Source: an uncultured Poribacteria bacterium (GTDB taxonomy: Bacteria; Poribacteria; WGA-4E; WGA-3G). Taken from it: a DNA stretch of 64,000 bases. This document shows positions 19,444 to 29,129 of this stretch, piece after piece (within the stretch, counting starts at the first letter, position 1; each line of letters begins with the position of its first letter). The stretch is taken from contig CATQHZ020000001.1 in assembly GCA_958296135.2 (NCBI GenBank), positions 2,368,001-2,432,000 on the forward strand, in the 5' to 3' direction. A program made the translations under genes and the position numbers. The notes under the pieces are model-generated. The model searched no databases, was not told the origin of the DNA, and was given only the letters and a program-made list of their open reading frames with translations.

Positions 19444-20187
19444 TCACTTCAACTGAAGAATCGCCTGCTGCGACGCGCTAAGGCCAGCCATCACGCTGGG
19501 ACTAAAATGCAAACCCTGGCCGCCCCAATCCGGCATATAGCCGATGCTATAGCAATAATAGAGCGTTCGGCGCGGTTTACCGGAAACGTTGATGACGGAG
19601 CCGTGCGTGAGTGCTTCCGTGAAGATGATGGCATCACCGGCCTCCGCTGGAATCGGCGTAAGCACCGGATTTTCGCCCGGATAGCTTCCCCAGGGTTTGG
19701 GAAAATTGCTCTTATGCGCGCCGGGAATCGCGGCGAAGCATCCATCCTCCACATCGCAATCCAGCATCGGAAAAACGGCCTTCGTCAGCGTGGAAACCAT
19801 CTCGCCGTTCCTGCAGTGATACTGGCACTTCGGAATAATCGGCGTGCCGTGCATGTGCAAGCCTGTATAGCCGCCGCCCCACCGATAAATCGTGTAGGTA
19901 TGATTGAGCCGATACGGCCCGCCGGTTACGCCTTCAACGACATCTAGCACTGCTGGCATGTCAATCAGCGCGTTAAAGACGCTGTCCGCCTCCAAGATGT
20001 TGGAGATATAGAGCTCCTTCTCCGTGCGCGGTGTGCCGAGGCACAGCGGCGGCGGATAGTCTGCAGGCGGCATTTCCTCAAACGTGTCAAGAACGCGGTT
20101 GCACGCGTCAATCACTGCAGGCGGTATGACACGTTTTAGCACAATATAGCCTTGCAAGTCAAATAAATATTTTTGTTCGTCTGTCAT
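19444..20187 (-). CDS. Phytanoyl-CoA dioxygenase (PhyH) family protein
   Basis: KYLFDLQGY, IPGAHKS, AGDAIIFTEALTHGS and RRTL motifs. Confidence 0.88.
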   Translation of the reverse strand: MTDEQKYLFDLQGYIVLKRVIPPAVIDACNRVLDTFEEMPPADYPPPLCLGTPRTEKELYISNILEADSVFNALIDMPAVLDVVEGVTGGPYRLNHTYTIYRWGGGYTGLHMHGTPIIPKCQYHCRNGEMVSTLTKAVFPMLDCDVEDGCFAAIPGAHKSNFPKPWGSYPGENPVLTPIPAEAGDAIIFTEALTHGSVINVSGKPRRTLYYCYSIGYMPDWGGQGLHFSPSVMAGLSASQQAILQLK

Positions 20188-20211
20188 TTGCTAATGTCTC
20201 CGTTTTTCACG

Positions 20212-20309
20212 GTAGGAGAGCCCTCCCGCGTCTCGATTTCCGACGTGTCGGGACCAGGAGGGCCCTCCTACCGGCAAATCGTACGGGACCAGGAGGGCCC
20301 TCCTACCGG
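20212..20309. repeat. REP-like cluster
   Basis: gtaggagagccctcccgcgtctcgat, then two copies of cgggaccaggagggccctcctaccgg. Confidence 0.75.
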
Positions 20310-20320
20310 AAGAGCCTCGG

Positions 20321-21943
20321 CTATAAATCCAAAAGCGTTTGCGCTGTCCGATCTTTGTAAGGATCTACCAACGGCGGCAGATGTGGCCGCGTGCCGTGCG
20401 CATAGAATTCTTGGATGGACCAGAACTGCAAGCGCGGATACGTCGTATTCCCGATAGTAATCGTGCCGAGCCTCCCTGCTGTTGCATGGACGCTGCTCCG
20501 TTTTCCGATGGGCCGAAGCGTGATGAACACGCCACACGCCGCGTTCCTTTCAATGAGCGTATAACAGAACCGCTCCACATCGGCGACGTAACTCCGCGGT
20601 TTTCCACCCTTCACCTGCGCCAGCGTGAGTGCGGTGTATCCCTCTTCCGGCGCAGCCACCAAGACACCTTGTCCATCAACGCCGCTGTCACCGGTTTGCC
20701 GGACATTCGGCATCATGCCGGTTTGCCAGACGGCCCACTTCTCAAACTGAAATGGATTCGTCTGTGCAAGCCGTTCGGCGGATTCAAAATCGGTAGGGAT
20801 GCCTTTTATCGGCAGTGCTGGATACTTCCCCGCGAACCGCACGGTGTTGATGAGGTCCAACGCGAACATCGAGACATCTATGCCGACAACCTGCCTGCCG
20901 AGTTTCAAACCCGCTTCCATCGTCGTGCCGCAGCCACAAAACGGGTCGAGGATAAGTTCCCCTTCGTTTGAGGATGCCTTCACAATGCGTTCAAGTAACG
21001 CCAGCGGTTTCTGTGTCGGGTAACCGAGGCGTTCTTTGCTCCTTCCCCCCAAGGGACTAATATCCGTCCAGACATTATCAAGGAGTATCCCTCTGTCCTC
21101 ATCCATATAACGGATGCGGTAAGGTGTCCCCTTTGCGCTGAAGTAGACGCGACCCTGTTGATAGAGTTGCTCAAGATGCTCCTTTGTCACGCGCCATCCA
21201 CTGGGGTACGGATTGGTATAGCCTCGCCACTCGTAGCAGAGGCTAGGGCGCGGGCCCATACTCCGACCGCGCCAGAGAGGCGTTAACGCGAACCGTCTCC
21301 CGTTATCATCAACCTTGGGATAACGTTCAGCGACATCCGGATCCGGAACATAAATCCCGTTGAATCGCTGTTTCGGCATACTGTAAAACAGAATGTAATC
21401 GGTACTCCTTCCGAACCTCCTCGGCGCGTATTGATTGCCCTTTGCCGAACCGCCAGTCCGGTGCCACACAATACCGCACTGGAAATTCTCAGGACCGAAA
21501 ATCGTATCCATGAGCACTTTAAGGTGGTAGCCCGCTGTTTCGTCGCAGTGGAGATAGATGGCCCCTGTCGGTTTGAGGATTCGCTTCATTTCGGTGAGCC
21601 GCTCCGCCATATAGATGAGGTACGCGGCCATTCCGGAACGTTCCGGGACAGCGCGGATAGCCCGCAGCGCGGGATGTTTATACCTCGTCAGGTGTCTGAG
21701 TCGTTGTTCTGCTTCGGCACCCCACGTCCACATATCGGTGAATGCGTCCAGCTGCGCCTTCTGTTTTCCGGCATCGTCGCCCCACAAAATGGAGTAAGTC
21801 GCCTTGGAATTGAACGGCGGATCTCCGTAGACGGTATCCACGGATTCATCTGGCCAGTGCTGCATCACCTCAAGGCAGTCGCCGTAATAGAGATGATTCG
21901 GCGCGAGTGCTAAGTCTAATGTAAGTGGTGTGTTAAAGTGCAT
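20321..21943 (-). CDS. Beta-class N4/N6 DNA methyltransferase with a C-terminal Mrr-like nuclease domain
   Basis: DPPF precedes YPTQKP and LDPFCGCGTT; C-terminal FEKW...DSGVDG...QVK...GVFIT resembles Mrr_cat. Confidence 0.88.
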   Translation of the reverse strand: MHFNTPLTLDLALAPNHLYYGDCLEVMQHWPDESVDTVYGDPPFNSKATYSILWGDDAGKQKAQLDAFTDMWTWGAEAEQRLRHLTRYKHPALRAIRAVPERSGMAAYLIYMAERLTEMKRILKPTGAIYLHCDETAGYHLKVLMDTIFGPENFQCGIVWHRTGGSAKGNQYAPRRFGRSTDYILFYSMPKQRFNGIYVPDPDVAERYPKVDDNGRRFALTPLWRGRSMGPRPSLCYEWRGYTNPYPSGWRVTKEHLEQLYQQGRVYFSAKGTPYRIRYMDEDRGILLDNVWTDISPLGGRSKERLGYPTQKPLALLERIVKASSNEGELILDPFCGCGTTMEAGLKLGRQVVGIDVSMFALDLINTVRFAGKYPALPIKGIPTDFESAERLAQTNPFQFEKWAVWQTGMMPNVRQTGDSGVDGQGVLVAAPEEGYTALTLAQVKGGKPRSYVADVERFCYTLIERNAACGVFITLRPIGKRSSVHATAGRLGTITIGNTTYPRLQFWSIQEFYAHGTRPHLPPLVDPYKDRTAQTLLDL

Positions 21944-21994
21944 CCGTGCTCCTTTTAAGCATCCGGGTTAAACGGACGCAAAACGCATGGCGAC

Positions 21995-24037
21995 TTACCG
22001 AATTCGCGCCCGTTGTGTATAACTAAGAATAGTCCCATATTGCCCAACCACCCATCCGCTCTCTGCGCTGCTCATGTAAATAGCTTTCAGATCGGTGCGG
22101 GTATCGGTGCGTTGAGGCCTCCAATTCTCGCCGCCATCTCTCGTACGCAGCACGAGCCCCGCCTTGCCGACACACCATCCCTCGGTTTCGGAAATGAAAA
22201 AGACATCGTCCAGATTGTTTTGTGTGTGCCCTTCTTGGCGGCTCCACGTCTTGCCGCCATTTTTTGTGTGCAAAATTAATCCATCAACCCCGACAACCCA
22301 ACCGATAGTGTCGGAGACGAAGTAGACTGCATCGAACCATGCCTGACTGTAGCGGGTATCCTTGTGCTTGGCGATGCGTTCGTCAAGGTGCCACTGTTTT
22401 CCGCCATCGCGCGTGTAAAGCATCGTGCCGAGCATGCCGACTGCCCATCCTCGCAGTTTGGAGGTGAAGTGAACGTCAAAAAGGTTTGCGGTAGTCCCGC
22501 TTTTTTGGGTTCGCCACGTTTTTCCGCCGTTATCTGTATGGATAATCTCGCCGCCACTTCCAACGCACCATCCTATCTTTTCGTTCACAAAGAAAACAGC
22601 GAGGAGCTCTTGCTGGGTATCAGCGGGCTGCCGTTGCCAGAGGCTGCCGCCGTTGGTGGTATGCAAAATCACGCCGGCTTCGGCGACTGCCCACCCCTTC
22701 TGAGGAGAGACAAAGTGCGTCGCGCCGAAGCATTCTGTCGTGCGGCTATCTTGCGCTCGCCATCCGGCCTTTGCGGTGCCCGGGTCGAAATGCAGAATTG
22801 CACCTCTGTCGCCGACAACGTATGCTTTATTACCGGAAACGGCGTAAACGTCAATGAGGAGGTGACTTGGGCTCGATTGCGCTTCCCATGTCACGCCGCC
22901 GTTGCGGGTGTGCAAAATCGTGCCGTTTTCGCCCACTGCCCACCCGAGTTGCGCGGAGACGAAGTCAACGCCGAGTAAGAGCGCGTCCGCGCTGTTATGA
23001 AAGCGAGGCCCACCGCGCTGATGCTTCCAATTTTTCCCATCGGTGTGGAGAATCACCCCCAGGTCGCCGACAATCCAGCCGTGCGCGGATGTGCGGTTAG
23101 AAACTGCGCCTACAGCATTCGCATCAGCGTTGACGAAATCCACATCGTAGAGTGAGAAGGTGTGCAACTGTTCGTTGCCGAGGTAGGCCGGCTGCCCGTA
23201 ACGCTGTTTGTGGCGTTGGTTGCTGCCAGCTGTCACGAATTCCCACGTTTTGCCGCCATCGATTGTTGCAAAGAGACTGCGCCGGTCGCCGACAATCCAG
23301 CCTCTCGCCCTGTCTACGAAATGCAGACTGAACAACGCTTGCTCGGTTGCAAACTGCTCTATCCATGTCTGCCCGCCATTCGTCGTGGCATAGATGTATC
23401 CGGCATTCTCAGCAATCCTGCCTGGGGCCGTTTCTAGCCCACTATAGGCGATTACCCATCCGTGGGTATCGTCAACAAAATGGATGCCGCGGAGGGCTCT
23501 CTTTCGGAACCAGGAGGGCGCGCCTACATCTGTAAACGTCCTCCCTCCATCCGTGGATTTCAGCAGTGTCCCCCAATCGCCGACAACCCACCCTGTATCT
23601 CCGACAATGGAAACATCGTGCAGGTTATTTTGCGTGCCGGTTTCAAGCGGCTGCCAGGTTTGTCCGCTGTCGGTTGTGTAGATGAGGGTGCCGCCATCGC
23701 CGACACACCAGCCCTCGGATGCATCGCGGAAATAAACCTTTCGCAACGGTTTCCCGAAGACACGGCTGTATTGTCGGTGCCAGTTTTTTCCGCCATCATC
23801 GGTAGAGATGATAAGACTCTCCGCGCCTTCCGTTTCACTGAGGACATCGCCGTGCCGGGGCGGTTCAAAATTTCCCACTGCCCAACCTTGGTTTTCGGAG
23901 ACGAAGTGGACATCGTAGAGGTGCGCGCTCCAATCGCCTTTGACGACAGTGCGCCACTCAAAATGCTTCGGCGGCGCATCTGCACACCCGAAAATAGCAC
24001 AGAGCAGCACAAGTTGCAACAGGCATATCCTGCGCAA
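21995..24037 (-). CDS. YCF48/BNR-repeat beta-propeller lipoprotein
   Basis: Many DVxFVxxxxGWxVGxxGxIxxTxDGGxxW repeats; lipobox-like LLCAIFGC. The start is inferred at TTG 24037 because the longer ORF overlaps dapB and a REP. Confidence 0.85.
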   Translation of the reverse strand: MRRICLLQLVLLCAIFGCADAPPKHFEWRTVVKGDWSAHLYDVHFVSENQGWAVGNFEPPRHGDVLSETEGAESLIISTDDGGKNWHRQYSRVFGKPLRKVYFRDASEGWCVGDGGTLIYTTDSGQTWQPLETGTQNNLHDVSIVGDTGWVVGDWGTLLKSTDGGRTFTDVGAPSWFRKRALRGIHFVDDTHGWVIAYSGLETAPGRIAENAGYIYATTNGGQTWIEQFATEQALFSLHFVDRARGWIVGDRRSLFATIDGGKTWEFVTAGSNQRHKQRYGQPAYLGNEQLHTFSLYDVDFVNADANAVGAVSNRTSAHGWIVGDLGVILHTDGKNWKHQRGGPRFHNSADALLLGVDFVSAQLGWAVGENGTILHTRNGGVTWEAQSSPSHLLIDVYAVSGNKAYVVGDRGAILHFDPGTAKAGWRAQDSRTTECFGATHFVSPQKGWAVAEAGVILHTTNGGSLWQRQPADTQQELLAVFFVNEKIGWCVGSGGEIIHTDNGGKTWRTQKSGTTANLFDVHFTSKLRGWAVGMLGTMLYTRDGGKQWHLDERIAKHKDTRYSQAWFDAVYFVSDTIGWVVGVDGLILHTKNGGKTWSRQEGHTQNNLDDVFFISETEGWCVGKAGLVLRTRDGGENWRPQRTDTRTDLKAIYMSSAESGWVVGQYGTILSYTQRARIR

Positions 24038-24068
24038 TTCTCGGCACGGCGAGGGACAGGCCCTCGCC

Positions 24069-24881
24069 CTACGGTATCGGGGGTGCAAACAGAACTTCGC
24101 TGACATCGTGGCATCCTTTGGGAGCATCCAGCACCCATCTCGCCGCACGAATCGCGCCTTTCGCGAACGCCTCCGGACTTTGCGCGCGATGGACAACGCT
24201 GAGCTGCTCACCTTCGGTTGCGAATAGGACGGTGTGCTCTCCTGCAATATCGCCCCCGCGCACTGCGTGAATGCCAATCTCCTTCTGGCTCCGCGGGCCG
24301 ACGATACCGTGGCGGCCGTAAACGCCTACCTCAGCCAAATCGCGCCCAAGTGCAGCAGCAACAGTCTCCGCTAACCGGAGCGCAGTGCCACTCGGCGAGT
24401 CTGCCTTGTGGTTATGGTGCGCCTCGATTACCTCAACGTTGTAGTCATCGCCGAGTGCCTTGGCAATTAACGCCAATGCCTGTATCATCACGTTCACGCC
24501 GAGGCTCATGTTCGGTGCCATGACGCAGCGGATTTTCCCCGCGAGTTCAACCACGGTTGCGAGCACCTCTGGACTAAACCCAGTCGTAGCGATTACCATC
24601 GCCTTATCAGCATCGACAACCTGTCGTAAGTGTTGCAACGTCGCTTCGGGTTGTGAGAATTCAATGACAACGTCGCCGCTATCAAGCACGCCGCCGAGCT
24701 CCCCTGTAATTAAGACACCAAGCTCACCAATGCCCGCGACTACGCCGACATCACTCCCGATTTGTGGGTGCGTCGGATATTCAATCGCACCGACGACTTC
24801 CATATCTGTTTGTTGGGCAACGCCTTGGGTGATAAGTCGTCCCATGCGGCCGCATGCCCCGTTAATTATTACACCAATCAT
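24069..24881 (-). CDS. dapB: 4-hydroxy-tetrahydrodipicolinate reductase
   Basis: GACGRMG, ATTG, APNMSLG, EAHHNHKADSPSGTA. Confidence 0.97.
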   Translation of the reverse strand: MIGVIINGACGRMGRLITQGVAQQTDMEVVGAIEYPTHPQIGSDVGVVAGIGELGVLITGELGGVLDSGDVVIEFSQPEATLQHLRQVVDADKAMVIATTGFSPEVLATVVELAGKIRCVMAPNMSLGVNVMIQALALIAKALGDDYNVEVIEAHHNHKADSPSGTALRLAETVAAALGRDLAEVGVYGRHGIVGPRSQKEIGIHAVRGGDIAGEHTVLFATEGEQLSVVHRAQSPEAFAKGAIRAARWVLDAPKGCHDVSEVLFAPPIP

Positions 24882-24953
24882 CGTATTCCCCTAGACAATC
24901 GCGGTGGAAAACCGGTAACGACTGCCGTTGCGCGCGTGAAATAAGTCAAAATT

Positions 24954-25196
24954 TCATTTCAAAGTGAGCAAATACGCTAAAAGGACATGTAGTTGCTGCA
25001 CTGAAAGGGTAGCTGCAAAGTTTTCAGGATTTCCACCGTTGTCATAGAGGTGCCGCTTCCTGCCCGTAATCTCCTTTCCATCTTTGGTGACGATGGGCAT
25101 GTCTCATACCGCAGGGCAATGGTTGAGGATAGACACCACGATGAAGCGTCGGGCGCGGGTGCGGGCAATCCGCCCAATGTCTTTAAGCAGCAGGAG
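24954..25196 (-). pseudogene. Frameshifted remnant of a putative heme-binding (cytochrome c-type) domain gene
   Basis: Fragments across frames: DIGRIARTRARRFIVVSILN / IALRYET / IVTKDGKEITG...PENFAATLSVQQLHVLLAYLLTLK*. Confidence 0.5.
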
Positions 25197-26120
25197 TTAA
25201 ACAACAGACTCGTTTTGCCCTAACAGGGCCTGTTCACCTGCATGATAAGAGCTTCGCACCAACGGCCCCGATTCCACATGCCGAAACCCCATTTCCACCC
25301 CTGCGTCCCTGAGTTCGTCAAATTCTGCCGGCGTGTAGTAACGTTGGACCGGCAGATGGCGCGGTGAAGGTGAAAGATACTGGCCTATCGTCAAAATATC
25401 GCACTCGGTATCGCGGATGTCCTGCATCGTCTCTAAAAGTTCGGTGACAGTCTCGCCCAAGCCTACCATGAGCCCCGATTTCGTCAGGATACGCGCGTCA
25501 AATTGTTTGCCCATTCGGAGCAGAGTGAGCGTCTGGCTGTAATTTGCATAAGGACGAACCCGGCGATACAGCCGCGGTACCGTCTCCGTGTTATGATTCA
25601 GCACCTCCGGTCCCGCTTGGACGATGACCTGAAGCGCGCCCCAGTTTCCCTCGAGGTCTGGGATAAGCACCTCCACTGTGCAGTCCGGGCGATGTTTACG
25701 CGCTTCTTCGATGCAGGCAGCGAAAATGCTCGCGCCGCCATCTGACAAATCGTCGCGGTTAACAGAAGTAATCACAACATGCTTGAGATGCAAATACCCC
25801 ACAGCCTCTCCAAGCCGCCGCGGTTCATCGGCATCGACATACGTAGGGTTCCCTTTTTTCACTGCACAAAACATACATCGGCGCGTGCAAACATCACCCA
25901 GTATCATGAACGTAGCAGTTCGGTTGTTCCAACATTCACCGATGTTCGGGCATCGTGCTTCTTCACAGACGGTGTGGAGTTCCAAGTTCCGCATTAACTT
26001 TTTAAGTTCAGCGTAGTGGCCGCCGCCCGGAATGCGTGCTTTAATCCACGCAGGGTGTCTGCGTTGTGTAGGTGCTGAGTCAAATATCGGAAGCGGTTTG
26101 AGCATTATTTTTATATTCAT
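25197..26120 (-). CDS. lipA: Lipoyl synthase
   Basis: CEEARCPNIGEC, CTRRCMFC and RSSY motifs. Confidence 0.97.
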   Translation of the reverse strand: MNIKIMLKPLPIFDSAPTQRRHPAWIKARIPGGGHYAELKKLMRNLELHTVCEEARCPNIGECWNNRTATFMILGDVCTRRCMFCAVKKGNPTYVDADEPRRLGEAVGYLHLKHVVITSVNRDDLSDGGASIFAACIEEARKHRPDCTVEVLIPDLEGNWGALQVIVQAGPEVLNHNTETVPRLYRRVRPYANYSQTLTLLRMGKQFDARILTKSGLMVGLGETVTELLETMQDIRDTECDILTIGQYLSPSPRHLPVQRYYTPAEFDELRDAGVEMGFRHVESGPLVRSSYHAGEQALLGQNESVV

Positions 26121-26170
26121 GCCAAGCGTTCAATAGAGGGAGCCTTGGCGGGGTGTGCTACAAATAAAGA

Positions 26171-26264
26171 TGGCGGGAGAGGGTGGGAGTCGAACCCACC
26201 TATCCACTTGCATGGACAAGCCGGTTTTGAAGACCGGTAGGGCCACCGGACCCTATCCTCCCCC
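26171..26264 (-). tRNA. selC: tRNA-Sec (anticodon UCA)
   Basis: 94 nt; 8-bp acceptor stem GGGGGAGG/CCUCUCCC; anticodon loop CUUCAAA; long variable arm; GUUCGA T-loop; encoded CCA; directly downstream of selB. Confidence 0.95.
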
Positions 26265-26288
26265 ATAATGATACTACGCCTACCGATG

Positions 26289-28244
26289 CTACTTTTGCAA
26301 GCGCGGATGTAACCGGCGGACGTTGTCATCCCGAATCGTGATGTTATTGCCATCACACGCCTCTAAAAAAGGCACGGCATATTTTCGCGAGGTGTGTGCC
26401 AACTCGCGGAATTCTGCAACCGTGATGACATCGTGCCGACGAAGATAGTCTGTTAATAATCGGACCGTCTCGTCAAAAACGGTTTTGTGGACGAAGAAAT
26501 TATCGGCGATTTTCACGAACTGCCCCAACTTCACCAACGCAAAAAAGGTGGATTCAATGACGCGAGGTGTCCAATCCGGCAGTTGCAGGACGACTTCCTT
26601 TAGCGCGGGCGTATTGATACCAGCATCAAAAAATAACTGTTCTAACGTTTCCCGCGCTGTCTCTTCTTCTTCAGAAAACTGAATTTCATGCGATGCCAGC
26701 CGAAGCAGGTTACCCTCTTTCACGAGGTGTGCCTCGGCAATGAGCACTGCTGTCAGTTTCTCAAAGCCGACTTCGTCAAGCGCAAGTTGGCGGCGCAGTT
26801 GCGAGGCATTCTGACCGGCGAGAAGGGGCTGCGCCTCGTGAAATGCCGCTAATGCATCTCTTATGCACTGTTTCGCTTCAACTGTGCGCGCCGCATCTGA
26901 GACAAGCGGAATCCGACTCGATACATCCCAGCGAACGATTTTCCCCTCACGCGCTAACGTCGTCAAGATGGCCGTTACCTCCCGCTGTGATTGCGGCAGA
27001 TAGTAGTGGAGAAACGACTCTGGCACGCACAGCGTCGGTATCTGTGCCAACACGGCGTTCACCACCTGTGCATCGTCTGCTTCTTCCCACGCTGCCAACG
27101 TGGCGATAGTTTCTTCCGTGAACCGCTTATGCTTCGGCGCGAACGGGTTGATAACCACACCGCCGCCTACCGTATGTTGCCCAGAAAAATCGCGTAGAAT
27201 CAGTCTATCGCCCCGAAACGTCAAGATAGAACGTTCTAAACGGAGCTGCACCTGAACGGCATCGCCGGGCAGGAGTGCCTCATCAACAAGGAGAATAAGC
27301 CTGCAAAAGACTTCGCATGTGCCGAGGTAAGCGCGAAGCCGCGTCCAATGCTCCAGAATGCGGGGAAAGGACGATAACACCTGCAGGGAAATGTCAATGT
27401 TGTCTGTCACCTGAGAAAACGCCAGCGGGCAGAGGACATCCCCACGCTGAATATCTTGTGCCGAGGTGCCAGACAGATTCAACGCCGTCCGTTGGCCGGC
27501 TGCCGCGGCCGTGGCAGGTTCATTATGCACCTGAATGCCGCGCACCCGCACCGTGTCACCGCGCGGGAGCAACACCAGCCGTTGCTCACGGTTCATCGCC
27601 CCGCCGATAAGCGTGCCAGTGACGACAACACCGAACCCTTGTATCGTAAAGACTCTATCGACATACAGACGAGGAATCCCATCCCCGCTTCCACCCATCC
27701 GGGCATAACCGCGCTCGCGCTTCAAGGAAACCTGATTCACGATAGTCTGCTTCAGCAACGCAATACCCGCTCCCGTGATGGCGGAAACGCTCACCGTGGG
27801 AATGCCCTCAAGCGTCGTCCCGACGAACATCTCCTGCGTCATTTCTGTTGCTTCCGCCAACTCGCTCGGTGTCGCCAAATCGGATTTCGTCATGACGAGA
27901 ATACCGTTTGAAATGCCCAGTAAATCTAGAATAGCGAGATGCTCCAGCGTCTGTTCCTGAACGCCTTCCTTCGCATCGACGACAAACAGCACCAAATCCA
28001 TACCGTAGGCACCGGAAAGCATATTCCTGATGAATTTCTCGTGCCCGGGCACATCAACGATGCCCGCGCGCGAACCGTCCGGCAAGTCAAAGTAGGCGAA
28101 GCCTAATTCAATCGAAAGGCCGCGTTCGCGCTCCTCTTTGAGCCGGTCTGTCTCCATACCAGTAAGCGTGCCGACAAGCGCGGTCTTCCCGTGGTCCACG
28201 TGCCCCGCCGTCCCGATGATGAGGTGTTGTCTGTCTGGATGCAT
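26289..28244 (-). CDS. selB: Selenocysteine-specific elongation factor
   Basis: GTAGHVDHGKT, RGLSIELGF, DVPGHEKF and C-terminal winged-helix SRKYAVPFLE. Confidence 0.96.
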   Translation of the reverse strand: MHPDRQHLIIGTAGHVDHGKTALVGTLTGMETDRLKEERERGLSIELGFAYFDLPDGSRAGIVDVPGHEKFIRNMLSGAYGMDLVLFVVDAKEGVQEQTLEHLAILDLLGISNGILVMTKSDLATPSELAEATEMTQEMFVGTTLEGIPTVSVSAITGAGIALLKQTIVNQVSLKRERGYARMGGSGDGIPRLYVDRVFTIQGFGVVVTGTLIGGAMNREQRLVLLPRGDTVRVRGIQVHNEPATAAAAGQRTALNLSGTSAQDIQRGDVLCPLAFSQVTDNIDISLQVLSSFPRILEHWTRLRAYLGTCEVFCRLILLVDEALLPGDAVQVQLRLERSILTFRGDRLILRDFSGQHTVGGGVVINPFAPKHKRFTEETIATLAAWEEADDAQVVNAVLAQIPTLCVPESFLHYYLPQSQREVTAILTTLAREGKIVRWDVSSRIPLVSDAARTVEAKQCIRDALAAFHEAQPLLAGQNASQLRRQLALDEVGFEKLTAVLIAEAHLVKEGNLLRLASHEIQFSEEEETARETLEQLFFDAGINTPALKEVVLQLPDWTPRVIESTFFALVKLGQFVKIADNFFVHKTVFDETVRLLTDYLRRHDVITVAEFRELAHTSRKYAVPFLEACDGNNITIRDDNVRRLHPRLQK

Positions 28245-28312
28245 AGGGTTTCATAATCCGTTCGGTAAGCGCGCTTTCAAAGCGCGCCTACGAGGTTTGC
28301 CGCGGAAGCCTA

Positions 28313-29098
28313 TCACTCAACCCCGCCATCTTCCGCGCGGATGAGTTTGCCAATGCGCCCGAAACGCACGTTGCCTACTATCTTCCACACTTCCCACGGC
28401 TTCGCCGGACGATTCGCGAAGGACCAGTATACCATGAACGCCTGCCCTTTGATATCCTCCACGTCCACTGGCCCCCACGTCCGGCTATCGCTACTCTGAT
28501 CTCGGTTATCACCCATGGCGAACACTCTCCCTGCCGGCACGATGAACGGTTTCCCATCAGGAAACTTCCGCCGAAACTGACTCGTTGTCAAGGTGTAGTC
28601 CGCAAACGCCTCGTCATCGGGTAGATACGCAGGCTGCCGGAACGGCGGGAAATCGGAGCCGCGCCTGAAATGGGGATGGAACGCCACATGCTTTGCATAC
28701 CCACTATCGTCAATCGGATTACCGTTGACATAGAGCGTTTCGCCGCGCGTCTCCACCGTATCACCCGCAACGGCAACGATGCGCTTGATGAAATTGCGTT
28801 CCCTATCGTGCGGCGGGATGAAGACGAAAACATCGCCGCGCGCCGGCTCGTGGAAATCAAACACCTTGATGTCTGTCCCCGGAATCTTAACTCCGTAGAT
28901 AAACTTGCACACCAAAATCCGGTCGCCGATGAGCAGCGTGTCCTCCATCGAACCCGATGGAATCTTAAACGCCTCCACGACAAATGGACGGATAAAGCCG
29001 AAAACGAGGATAAGTGCAACAACGATGACCTGGGTGTATTCCCAGATGACGGTTTGGCGGAATTTCTGCCACGGTGATAACTGTGTATCGGTATTCAT
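28313..29098 (-). CDS. lepB: Signal peptidase I (paralog 2)
   Basis: IPSGSM, FIKRI and GDNRDQSSDSR motifs. Confidence 0.95.
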   Translation of the reverse strand: MNTDTQLSPWQKFRQTVIWEYTQVIVVALILVFGFIRPFVVEAFKIPSGSMEDTLLIGDRILVCKFIYGVKIPGTDIKVFDFHEPARGDVFVFIPPHDRERNFIKRIVAVAGDTVETRGETLYVNGNPIDDSGYAKHVAFHPHFRRGSDFPPFRQPAYLPDDEAFADYTLTTSQFRRKFPDGKPFIVPAGRVFAMGDNRDQSSDSRTWGPVDVEDIKGQAFMVYWSFANRPAKPWEVWKIVGNVRFGRIGKLIRAEDGGVE

Positions 29099-29129
29099 TC
29101 AATATGCCTCTCTGTCTCAATCAGTTTTC

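Noticed and set aside
24038-24277. N-terminal extension of the YCF48-like ORF
   Set aside because: It overlaps dapB in another frame and a REP; the lipoprotein signal begins after it.
24882-25196. Lysine riboswitch upstream of dapB
   Set aside because: The AGAGGTGC motif is on the wrong strand, and the interval is better explained as a coding relic.
26117-26356. 79-aa ORF downstream of selB
   Set aside because: It overlaps tRNA-Sec.
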